The position numbers were made by a program, and so were the translations under genes. The notes below the pieces were generated by a model. It was not told the DNA's origin. It saw only the letters and a program-made list of their open reading frames with translations, and searched no databases. Positions 28,201 to 40,500 of a stretch of DNA of 52,277 nt are shown one piece after another. Numbering within the stretch: the first letter of the stretch is position 1; each line of letters begins with the position of its first letter. Source of the DNA: Girardia tigrina (taxonomy: Eukaryota); NCBI GenBank assembly GCA_001938485.1, contig MQRK01246661.1:1-52277 (forward strand), given 5' to 3'.

Positions 28201-31200
28201 GCGCGTCTTAATTTATTACATTGATTGATTTAAACAATCTCAGGAGTTTTTAATTATTCAGGATCCTTTGATATATTATGATATTGATGTTGGATATTAG
28301 ATATTTTGATTATTTAAAATATTTAATATATGCTTTTTTGATAAATATTTTGTTTAAATATTATCAATTAAACAGTGTTTTGAAAATAAACTTTTCACGT
28401 GTTACAAGCTATCCGGGAATAATGAAGGATATAAAAATCGTTTTGGAGCTTTTGGAAAAATTCGATGGAAGCGTTAGCTTCGAGATCTGGCAGAAGAAAT
28501 TTGAAATGGTCATGAAAATCCAGAAGATTACCGATCCAGACCTGTATCTCCCTTTTTTACTATCGGGGGTTGCACTGAACATCTACATGGAATCGGACGA
28601 AAAGACGCAAAACAGCTGCGATCGGTTCTTCAAGATACTAAACAATTCGTTCGACCTGACTAGACGGTCCGCGTACAGTCAATTGATAAACTTACAGTAC
28701 CACGAGGGCGAGACTATCGATGAATATGCGTCTCAGGTGAAGATGCGATCTAATAAGGTCGACGATCTAACAAAAGCCGCCTTCATTACTGGACTGCCTT
28801 TCGAGCTGCAGCTGGATTTGGAACGGGTCGGCGACCAACCCTTGACCGAAATGATCGAGTATAGCCGTAGGTATTTGGGGATTAAAAAGGGTTTATTACA
28901 TGGTCCAATGACATTAATACAACACAGAAACAACAACAAAGATCCGGAGGTCAGGGAAAACTCGATAAACCCAGAGCAAATCTTCACAAAGGACCCTATG
29001 TTTATCGTGAGGGAGACACCGAATCGGAGGAAAGGAAGCATCATAAGGGTTCTCAGTGGCAATCGAATAAACATACAATATGCTAACAATGTCAGAAACC
29101 GGGTCATATAGTAAAATATTGTCAGTCGGGAAACGAACAGGGGAGTTTGTAGGCGCCGGCTTCACAGATCCAGGCGTTACTGACGATGATCGTCACCGTA
29201 AATGACAGGTCAGCCATAGCGTTGATTGATTCGGGTTGTTCGAAAATGGTCGTTATAAAAGGGTTAGTTAGTGATTGTATGTTGTTTTCTGACAGGGAAA
29301 GTATGGTTTTAGCGAATGGAAAGGGTGTTAGAGTGGGTTCGGGTAAAGTACGGCTGACTATAAATGGTAGGATTCGTAGGGTGAAATGTTCGGTCATGGA
29401 ACATTTTCCGTATGGTCGAGGGATCTTAATAGGTATGGATGTCATAGGTTAATTTGGCAGCGTGAGAATTAATAAGGGTGTTATTGAGTTCGGTGAAGAA
29501 GAAATTAAAGGGACAAATAGTAGCTTGAGTTTTACCGCATCGGATTAGCTTCTTGTTAGCATAAAAAAGCATAATTTTGAGATTAAGTGTAGGGAAAATT
29601 TGTTGATTAAATGGAATTGTAAAAGTGAGGCTCCTAGTTATCTTCCAAATCGACAGTCAGTTTTAAAAGACAATAAATTAAAAGATGTTGCAAAGTTGAA
29701 AATTTTAGACAGTTGGGTAGAAAAGGATTATCTAATCGAGTACAATGAGAAAGAAATGGGTAAATTGATAGGATCCATACCGATATTTGGAATATTGCAG
29801 GCTAATAAGTCCAAAATAAGACCCATTTTTGATTTAAGAAAATTAAACAATTACGTGGATGTTTACAGTGGTTCAGCGGATGTATGTTTAGAAAAGCTCT
29901 GCGATTCGCGACGTAGGGGTTCGACTTTTTCAATGCTTGATTTGTCAGAGACTTACATGCAGATTCATGTTCATAAGGAGATGTGGCGTTACCAATCTTG
30001 TATCATTAATAACAAGAAATATGCTTTAACTAGGATGGGTTTTGGTTTAAACATTGCACCAACTATAATGACNNNNNNNNNNNNNNNNNNNNNNNNNNNN
30101 NNNNNNNNNNNNNNNNNNNNNNGTCAGGTGGATTCTGAACTCTGACATCAGGATGCGTGAAAATACCGACTCTTATATTGATGATATTTATGTAAATAAA
30201 AGTTTCATTTCTGTTGAAGAAGTAGAAAAAGTGTTCAATAACTTCGGTCTCAAAGGTAAGAAACCGGAAAATCTGTCACAAGCCAACGAAGTTCGAGTTT
30301 TAGGAATGAAAGTCTTTAAGGACCAACATGTAGTGAGATGGAAGAGGGACAATCAGGTAAGGGATGAGCTGGATGTGGAATCAATTTCACGTCGTGAGTT
30401 ATATTCGTTATGCGGACAATTAGTTGGAACACATCAGGTAGCTAGTTGGCTACGTCCGTCATATTCATACCTTAAACGACTTAGTGAGGGAAGGTGGGAT
30501 GAAAAGATAGACGAAGAATTATTTGAGAAGATTAAATGGGTTGTAAAGACAGTGAGGGAGATTGATCCTTGCTGAAGTTTATGGGCCATTGATGACTGCA
30601 GGGAAGGTATTATATGGTGTGACGCAAGTTCAATAGACATTGGTTCAGCGTTAGAAGTCAAAGGGAACATAATCGAGGACGAATCATGGTTGAGAAAAAC
30701 TTATGATTCTAGGCATATTAATGTAGCAGAACTAGAAGCAGTTGTAAAGGGTTTAAACTTATGAAATGGGGTTTAAGGAGCGTGATAGTCAAATCGAATA
30801 ATAAGTCATTAGTTTTGTAGATAACCTCAACAACCTCAGATCGCGAAAAATTTAATACCAACACTTCATCTGAGCTTTGAATAAAACGACGACTGTCGAT
30901 GATCAAGGAGCTGTGTCAGGAGTATGAGATCGAGTTGAAGATCGAGTTTGTTAATAGCGAAGATAACAAGGCGGACGAGTTGACAAGAATCCCAAAACAA
31001 TTAAAAANAAGCAATTGTTTTTTAACGGTTACGGACGATCTACTCAACCTGCAGCAACTTCATGATAAGTGTCATTTAGGCCCAAACAGAATGCGATATC
31101 TATGTGCGAAGCAAGGAATAAGTGTATCAAACGTGAATATCAAGGATCTGATTTCATGATGTGAAAAATGTCAATCCATCGATCCGGCATCCGTAAAATG

Positions 31201-34200
31201 GAAAACCGGTAGGCTGAGCATCAATGAAAACTGGACAATACTTGCTGCGGATGTTACAAAGTACAATGAACAAAAATTTTTAAGTGTAATCAATTGAGGT
31301 CCTTCTCGCTTTGCGATATGGAAATTAATTAAGACTGAAGACGTCAGAATTCTCAAGTTTGTTCTGTGAACGCGGGTCTCCCAAGGAACTAATTATCGAT
31401 AATTATACCACACACAAGATCTCTGTAACACAAAGTTTTACTAGTTAATGATCCTACACGCATGATTTTTTCGGAATTTCAAGCTAAATTTAAATTTATA
31501 TTTCTTTTTATTTTTATTTATTTCTATGTGAAATGGCTAAGATTACGTTAGATGTTTCTGAAAACTGACAAAGATTATCGATAGACGTCACAAAGTTTCA
31601 CAATGACAAATACATAACAGTAGTGGATACTGGCTCATTGAGAATGGCAATATTACAAAAAATGCAAAACGAAATCTGTGAAAAGACACGTACTTTCTTA
31701 AATGGTTGTTAAAATTTTATTAAATTGAATAATTTAGAAAAATTATTAATTTAATTCTGCGAAATCTCAAAATTAAATTACAATAGTACTAAAGGTAAGA
31801 TACTCTTAGGGTATTGTTCTATAAATAAAAGCAAAAAACATAAATTTTATAACCTTGCTTCAAGAGGAACAATTTCACCGTCATCTGTTACTTGTTCCAA
31901 CTCAAACTTCTGAGCAGCATCTAATGATAAAGATATAATATCAGCAGCACCACTGGATCCCTAATTTTATAATAATAATTATTTTATGAAATTTAATTAG
32001 AACCTGACAGAGAACCACGGGGCATTTGTTTTCAACAATCGAATGACAAATTTGACTTAAAGTTAATACATCTCCTCCGACGACTAATCCACATATTGGA
32101 ACTCTAGTTTCAATAGAAGTTTCATTATTTAATGTTTCGGACTTCCAAAAAGAAATTGCGTGTTCAAATCTGGATCTAAACTGTACATCATTTTCCCTAG
32201 GGTCATTAGACGGAGGAACATCAAAAAGGAGAAAATGTGAATGATTAGTATCAAGGGATTTTTCTTTTTTATTTTCAATGACAATTCCTTCTTCATTATC
32301 TTCGGGTTCTTCTTCTGACTGATAAATTGCTGGATAAGTTCCCTAATAAATATAATTTTCATTACTGTCTATTATATATAAAACCAGTAGTTTCCAATCT
32401 ATGAAAACCACCTCTTTAAGAGGTGCATAATTGTTGACAAAATATTATTTTTTGTATTCACACAATACAAATCACATCGAAGTCAAAAAAGATAAATTGG
32501 AGTATATATTTAAGTTTATTTATACATAATAGGCTGTACTGACCACTTTTATAAAAAATTTCATTAAAAACTTTTTATAAAAAAACTTTGATAATAAAAA
32601 AACAATAAACGATTAAATTAAATTATAAAAATTGATTTAATTTAATTAAAAAAACATAATTTAAATCAATATTAGTAATTATAAATATCCATATATATTT
32701 AAAATATACTATATTAATTATTTACAAAAAAAATCAGTTGTTTTAACGGACGATTTTTATATACTTTTTTGAAATCGAATAAATTTTTAAAACGGGTGTC
32801 AATCTTTATCTTTAATAAAACTTTTATTTAATTTTTTTCTATAAAAATTATACTCCGGAATTATCCGTCGAGTTTTTATTCACCCTCAACATATGCTATA
32901 AAAGTTTTAACCAGTACAATAAATTACAATATCAAGTAAATATTTATGAAATGTAATATTTTTTGAAAGAGAGGCATAAATACGGAAAAGTTAAAAACTC
33001 TTTATTAAACTAATCCGTTAAAAAATCCAAAGTTTTTTGGAATGTTAATTGTATTATTTATTAATTTACGTAGCACTAGCATAATTTTACTACGGAAATC
33101 CTATTAGATTTCCATAATTTTCAAAATTCAACTGTCAGAAACAAACAATAGACTAAATGAAAAGTATTTTTAAACACATTAACAGTATAATTATTCAACA
33201 TATTTATTTTAAATATTCTTGTTTGTTAATAAATGTATTGTAACTAATCCGATTAAAAATCCAAAGTTTTTTGGAATGTTAATTGCATTATTTATTAATT
33301 TAAGTAGCACTAGCATAATTTTACTACGGAAATCCTATTAGATTTCCATAATTCCCAAAATTCAACTGTCAGAAACAAACAATAGACTAAATGAAAAATA
33401 TTTTAAAACACATTAATAGATTAATTATTTAAAAGATGTATTTTAAATATTCTTAATAACTCTGAAAATAGTTTAAATCAAATATAATTAAAAACATTAT
33501 ATTTTACCTGATATAAAGCATTTTCTAGAACTTCGTTTTTGGCTACTTTATGCCATGGTGCTACTCCTATTGCAATCATTTTATTTCCCCCATATGCATC
33601 AGTGTAATCTCTAACTGCTTCCCCTGCCAGCTTCATTATTCCCATATTCAAACCTTCTGTTACAATCCAGCAGCCTTAAATGTTTAATAATATCATATAC
33701 AAATTAAATAAAATTTCATTTTATTTTAAATTTTTTTATTTCATAAAAATACTTGACATATTTAATTATTACTACAGTTCCAAAAAATTCTTTAAAGATA
33801 CCTATAGTGTTAAAAACAGAAAAATCACTAAATTTTGTGTCAAACTCTGAATTCTATATAAATTCTATATTTGAAATTTAAAATAACGATAATTATTTTC
33901 GGATTTTGATAAGTAATTTTGATCGTAATTATGAAAGGACAATTATTGAAGCACTGTTAATAAAGTTTTAAAACATAGTTTAAACGTGAAAAGTGATTTG
34001 TACTATAATATTAGAGTATTTTGACGTAATATGGTCATCTTACTATATCAACAATCATGTCCGGAAATTTCTACGAAAACATTTAAACGAAGGGAATTTA
34101 TACGAAGGAAATTTATACGAATGGAAAATTATACGAATGAATATTTATACGGATGAAAATTTATACGAACGGAAATTTATACAAATAAAAATTTTTGAAT

Positions 34201-34394
34201 AAAAATTCATTTTTGATTTTATAATAAAAAAATGTTTTTGTAATCGAAATGTTTCAAGTATTTTCAATAGCTGTAATAACTTCTGTTAAAACAAAAAAAA
34301 ACATTACTTTTTACCCAAATGACAATGAAATGGAATATTTACATGAAGTATCTCGTAAAATTAAATTCTAAATTGACTTATTTATTAGTTTAAA

Positions 34395-34428
<34 letters not shown>

Positions 34429-34478
34429 NNNNNNNNNNNNNNNNNNNNNNNNNNNNNNNNNNNNNNNNNNNNNNNNNN

Positions 34479-34531
<53 letters not shown>

Positions 34532-37500
34532 GACTTGTGTTTTCTAATGTTTTGTAAAAATAGTTACCAAAATCTTATAGACTTAAATATAATATTACAG
34601 TAAACTCGGCTTTGGTTGCAGTAAACGTGTTGTGTATTTTAAATTCTTTTCTAAAATATTTTTTGTAGAAGTTAATACAGCTATCAAAAATATTTTATTA
34701 ATATTATTTGTATAAATTTCCCTTTTTCAGTTGTAGAAATTTCCGTTCGTACAAATTTCCATTTGTATAAATGTTATTAGTATAAATTTGCGTTCGTATA
34801 AATTACCGTTCTTATAAATTGCCATTCGTATAAATTTTCATTCGTATAATTTTCCATTCGTATAAATTTCCTAGAATCATAAATAATAACATTTTGGTTA
34901 TTTTTTTATATTTTAATATAAATATATAAAATAATAAAGTACTGAGATTTTCCGAAAATAAGCGCATCCAAAAAGAAGTGCATCAGCGCTGATTTTTTGC
35001 TTCCATATAAATTGATCAAAATAATAATTGCTCCCTGTTCGAAACTGCCATTTTTACATCGAAATAAGCCAATTATTTTTTTGATCAATTCATAAGCAAA
35101 CACAAAATCAGCGCAGATGCTCCTCTTTTTGGGTACCATTTTTTTCGGAAAACTCCGGCATGTATTGCTTTAAATATGTCGTTAAATGAAGAACAGATGA
35201 CATCATTAGTTCGAATATATTATACACAAAAGTTGACAAATTGTTTCGTTCTCAAATATTAAATTTGATATTGTTCTATAAAGAATAATCAATTTGATAC
35301 AGATTTGAATAAATAGTTTTGTGAGTTTGTCGAAATAGATAAAACTAAAACGTGAACTGATATCAAACATTTTGTAAAAAAAAGATTGAAAGGCAACAAA
35401 AATTAATTGAGAAAATTTGCAGGATACTGAAAACTATTCTGTTTCATGATTTAAGACTGCACTTAAGTAGGGTACGGAGTATAAACATAATTGTGATAAA
35501 CTTTAAAATGTTTCGACCCTTGGAAGACCAAAATATGCCACAATATTTGAAATCGTCGAAACATTCTGCGTTATGGTTAGATAAGATCTCCTTTTAACTC
35601 AATACTGTTTCAAATGAAATAAAATCTAACATCACTTTTTTTACACCGCTTAAAATTAATAGTTATATTTGCAAACAAAAAATAAAAATTAGATAAATAT
35701 TAAAAATTAAGTAATTTAAGGAGAATTAATGGAAGTTATATGTAAAACAGGAAAATTGATTGAACTATGTTACTTCCAAATGTATTTGACAAAAAAACTA
35801 AATTATGAATTTAAAGGTAACTAACTTTTGATATTTTTATAATATTTTGATATTTTTGTTATTTTAAATATAAATTATAAGTATTTTTAAATAATTTAAA
35901 TTACATAAATTAATTAAATTTAAAAAATAACATTTAGAACTGTGGAGGATTTCGTTTCTTAGAGAAACATTTTAATAAATGACGTCAAGAAAATAATAGT
36001 ATATTCATTTACAAAATGTTTGAAAAAGTTTTGAAGTATATAAAAAATAATTTTATGATATCAAATTTGTATAAACAAAAATAATTAAACCATATAAATT
36101 ATATTACAAATGGTTCCCCGACAAAATAGTGCCATATTTCCCGACAAAATATTGCTGACCATTGATTTTTTAAGTCTCTGATTTTGAAAATTAAGTCTCG
36201 AGAAATTAAAATTTTAAAAAATGAAAAAATTGGGTAAATTTCAGAAAAAATGAAAAATTCAAGTAAATTTTAGAAAAAAATTCTGTACTTAATAAAATAT
36301 AAAATATTAGATTAAAATATAAACATAATTATAAATATTCAAAAAATAAAAAAAAAGATGGCAAATTATTTTTAAAAAAAAAATACGCCATTTGTTAAAT
36401 AGACATTTATTTTTCAAGACAATTAATTTCGATGGTATAACCGTCATCGTCAGGTCTCAAAAAAAATCAATTTTAAATCTGCTTATATAGGCAAGCAGTG
36501 ATTATGTCATAAATTGATTATTATGTCATCTAAACACGCTCAATAGGGTTTTCGATAGACCCGTTTGCACATTAATCTTGGGATCTAAAGATCTGATATA
36601 AAGTCCTTCACAGGCCACACTCTCCCAATAGTTTTTAAAACGAGAGCAGAATTTTAAAATCATTTATGTTTATGTTTTCATTCGACTTACAACCCTTTCT
36701 ATGTTCTGCAATATTACTCCCACCTACATTCTGACCATGTTCTTGGATTATCTTACAAAGATGATTGGGGCGTCTCTCCAATGTATGTGGCATTACACCC
36801 ATTACATGTAAATTTATATAAGAAATCCGAACATAATCCAAATGGGGGTTGGAGATTTATTACAAAATACATTTTGGATTTTATGTGTTTGTGATATTAT
36901 TTTTAAATTAAAGGCATTATTTAAAATACGCTTTAAGTATTCCATATTCATAGGGATTTGGTCAATTTAAACGTTCAATTTTAAAAAGCGTAAATATTAA
37001 TAATTACTTAATTTTCATTTTCCTGATTGAGATTTAAACAATTAAATATTATTTAATATTAAAATCAAATTAAAAACTTTATGTTAAATATTTTAAATAA
37101 TACTTTAAAATTGAAGTTTTCATTTTTTTTAAATTTACTTGAATTTTTCATTTTTCTTTATACTTATAATTATGTTTTTATATTTTAATCTAATATTTTA
37201 TATTTTATTGTATACAGAATTTTTTTCTAAAATTTACTTGAATTTTTCTTTTTTTTCTGAAATTTACCCGAGTTTTTCATTTATGTTTTCCTAGACTTAA
37301 TTTTCGAAATCAGAGACTTAAAAAATCGATTGTCGGCGCTATTTTGTCGGTCACCATTTCAAATGGCGACACCTAAATGATCTTATTGGACGGAATCAAT
37401 TATTGATCAAGGAGATGAGAAAGCTGTTTAGAAATTCACATTTTTGGAACCTCTACTTACATGAAATTGGAATAGTTACTCAGAACACGGTTTTTTAACT

Positions 37501-40500
37501 ACTGAAAATGATTTTTTCTGTGGTTTACACTCTCCAACAAACTCTAAGGACTTTGTGATAAATCAGAAGAAGCCATTTCATCAGAAAAAGGTATATGTTT
37601 TACAAGTAGTGCTTCAGTTCATTTCTTCTTTTCATGGCTATCACATTTTTATGTGATGCTCTTTGTTATGATAAAAATGATTACGAATTTAAAATCGTGC
37701 TTCATGACTTTTTATCGACTCATTATTCAACATTTATTATTCAGTTCTTTGGAAGATTGTAAATTAGTAATTTTCCCTTAACATCTGTGAACATTGTTTT
37801 GATTGTTACTTTATAGAAGAGGAATAATTTTAAGGTCAAATTTAATATTATAAGCAATCGCCTAATTATTTGTCTGTAAAGGTGTACATCTACAATCTAT
37901 ATGTGTGGAACCCATCTGTTAGAATCGAGTTCTAGAGGAAGGATTTGGGCGAACACGGTCCCATGAAGGTCCTTGTAATTAATTGGATCATCTAATTTGT
38001 TTGAATAATATAGTATTTTGTAAATCGAAAATATCATCTTATTTTACAAGCTATCGTGGCAATGAAAGCAATCAGTAATTTGAAGAAATTTGATGGTGGG
38101 GAGGACGTCGAACGTTGGATCGACAGATTCGAGTTTGCCATCGAGGTAGACGGGCTAATGGGAAAAGAAGTCTCATGCTTGGTCATGCAGTTGGACGGGC
38201 CGGCATACAACACTTGGAAGGGCTTATCGCTGGATCAACAGAGAAACACCAAGGAAATCAAAAGTGAGTTGCGCCGAGTGTTTGGTTTGTGGAAATTTGA
38301 CGCATAATATTTGAATCCCAAACAATTCTGTTATTAAATTTTTTATAATTTTACTCATCTTTGAATTTTATTCAAGTAACGTTATTAATTGAAATAATTT
38401 TTAATCTTTGTTCAAATAGAAAATTGACATTACATTAAAATTTCCTCAGAAACGTATTTAATTTAATTAATTGTCCTAAAACTACAAGTAATTTTAACGG
38501 GTATGGAACTGTCGGCCATTAATGCATTGAGATGCAAATTTCTTGTAGCTCGTAATAAAGTGTGTTTCTTTTTTTGGGACAATGTTTCTTGAAGAAAGTC
38601 CAAGGAAGTGGAACTCAGTTTTATAATCATGAAAATATTAGTTTGCTGCTTAGATTTATTTATACTTAGATTTATTTAGACAGTTCGAGTCAGGAGTTTT
38701 CAAGACTATGATCGATAAGTTAGGCGCCAAGCACGCGCACACGTCTGTGTACCACCCCCAGGCCAATGGGGCAATAGAGTGGTTCCACCGCACCTTTAAA
38801 CTTCCATCAAGATCTTCGCTGACAAGAACGCTCGTTGGGTGGACGCAGTTCCCTATGTTCTTTTGGGGTGGCGCAATACTCCTAACACCACCACAGACGC
38901 TTCACCAGCCCAAATTCTCTACGGAACATCAATCCGTTTTCTTTCAGAACTCACCGATTGTAACATCACCCCGTCCGACACCGACATGGCCGCCGCAAGA
39001 AAGCAGTTCGAAAACCTGCCCAAGGACAAGTTTTACCAGATGCCTAACCACGCAAAAACTTTCCTCCTAGAGAGTCAGTACACCACTAATTTCCTCTGGC
39101 TCAAAGACCACACATCTAGTAGGTTGAAACTACCCTACACCGGACCTAACAAAATCATTGAACTTTACCCCAGCAACGCGAAAATTCTCAAAGACGGCAA
39201 AACTATCACAGTCCACCTCAACAACACCAAGCCCGTCTTCGTTATGGACGACACCCCCATCCCGGGCAGCGATAACATGACCAGTTTATGACCGTCACCG
39301 ATAAACCGTTCATTACCACTACTCCAACTCCGTGCGAAGGAGCCAGCGGAAACACCGCAGCTAATACCAAGACACCGCACGCCGAAGACAACAGTAACCA
39401 AACATCATCTGATGACATTGTCGTTACTAACCAACGCAACTCTCGCATTAGACCTGCCAGATTCACCAGTTGGGCACCAATGCAAACCCCAACGGGCATC
39501 AACAGATTCCGCAGGGTCGAACAATAACCTTCTGCGTTTCCTTTCAGGCGTGTCTCGTGTCTTTCCTTCGGGGGAGTTGTGTTGTGTGCCACCACATTCT
39601 TGTTATTTTTATTGTTGTTTGGAGAGAAATTTATTTGTGTCTATTGTCTTTATAATTAATGTTTATCGCTTTCTCTCTCTCTATTTCTGTCATTATCTCT
39701 ATTACTGTCTCTATCTAATTGTCCTTTGTTGCAGTGTAAATACAGTTCACTCACAATGTGGAATGTGCNGTTTGAATTTGGTTTTTTTTATTAATTTCAG
39801 AAACGAATTTTTTCTTTGATTTGTAAATCGTAACCGATATCGGCAATTGTTCATTTTTTTCTGTTTAATTATTTTTTGAGTTGTCTGTGAATAAAAATAA
39901 TGCTAAAATAGCAATAGAAATTTAATGTCAGAAATTACAAAAAAATATTATCGTGGATAATCAAAAAACAATTACAAAAAAATTATAATTATGAACGTGG
40001 TTAGTGAATGTGTGAATTTGTTTTATTAAACTAAATATATATTTTCGATTTGAGTTTCTTATGAATTTTGTGTTTATAAATGAGTGATTTCCTTAAATGG
40101 GCGTTTGATCATTTCTGCAGAGGAATTAAATCATCACAACACGCAATGACGAAACAGTTTTCTCGATTCTATAATTGTTTGGGAGCCACGTACGAAATCA
40201 GCCGATTTTTCGAATCTCGTGTCCGTAGACCTGACGAATATACGACATTGGTGTTTCATTAATTAGTATTTAAACTAAGGATGTCGTGGATTGGTTTCAA
40301 AGGAATTATATACATGAAAGAATTAGAAGACATAAGCATGATGACACATGGCTTCGAAAACCACCTTTATTTTTAGAAACAGCATGGTCGATATAATATT
40401 CTTTTCAAAATGACATTTCACGTACTTAGAATGTCTTAGAAGCTTGATATCGAAGACGGGAATGCATTATTTAACGAGCATATGTTGGATTTTACAGAAT

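Larger units (their letters stand above)
27821..31430 (+). mobile_element. LTR retrotransposon (LTR-PBS-gag-PR-RT-RH-IN), 3'-truncated and decayed, atypical lineage
   Basis: LTR TGTAA...TTACA. gag from ATG 28422, with CCHC C*QCQKPGHIVKYC in a shifted frame. Protease ALIDSGCS. RT RPIFDLRKLN, LDL, LTRMGFGLNIAP, YIDD. RNase H CDASS, HINVAELEAV, NKADELTR. Integrase H..CH...CEKC, AADVT, PKELIIDN. Confidence 0.93.
36112..37355. mobile_element. Non-autonomous Mutator-like element with ~200-230 bp TIRs
   Basis: Long TIRs (36112-~36345 and ~37150-37355). 9-bp TSD ATTACAAAT/ATTTCAAAT. Confidence 0.85.

Noticed and set aside
29128-29134. GGGAAAC -1 frameshift site between gag and protease
   Set aside because: In this copy the zinc knuckle and protease are in the same frame, separated by TAG at 29150. 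A -1 slip leads to a stop. Needs the family consensus.
28733-29445. Antisense ORFs over gag/protease (similar ones over the mariner and at 39165-39595)
   Set aside because: Shadow frames of TE coding sequence.
34063-34200. CRISPR-like short repeat array
   Set aside because: No unique spacers, eukaryotic context, and it is one arm of an inverted repeat.
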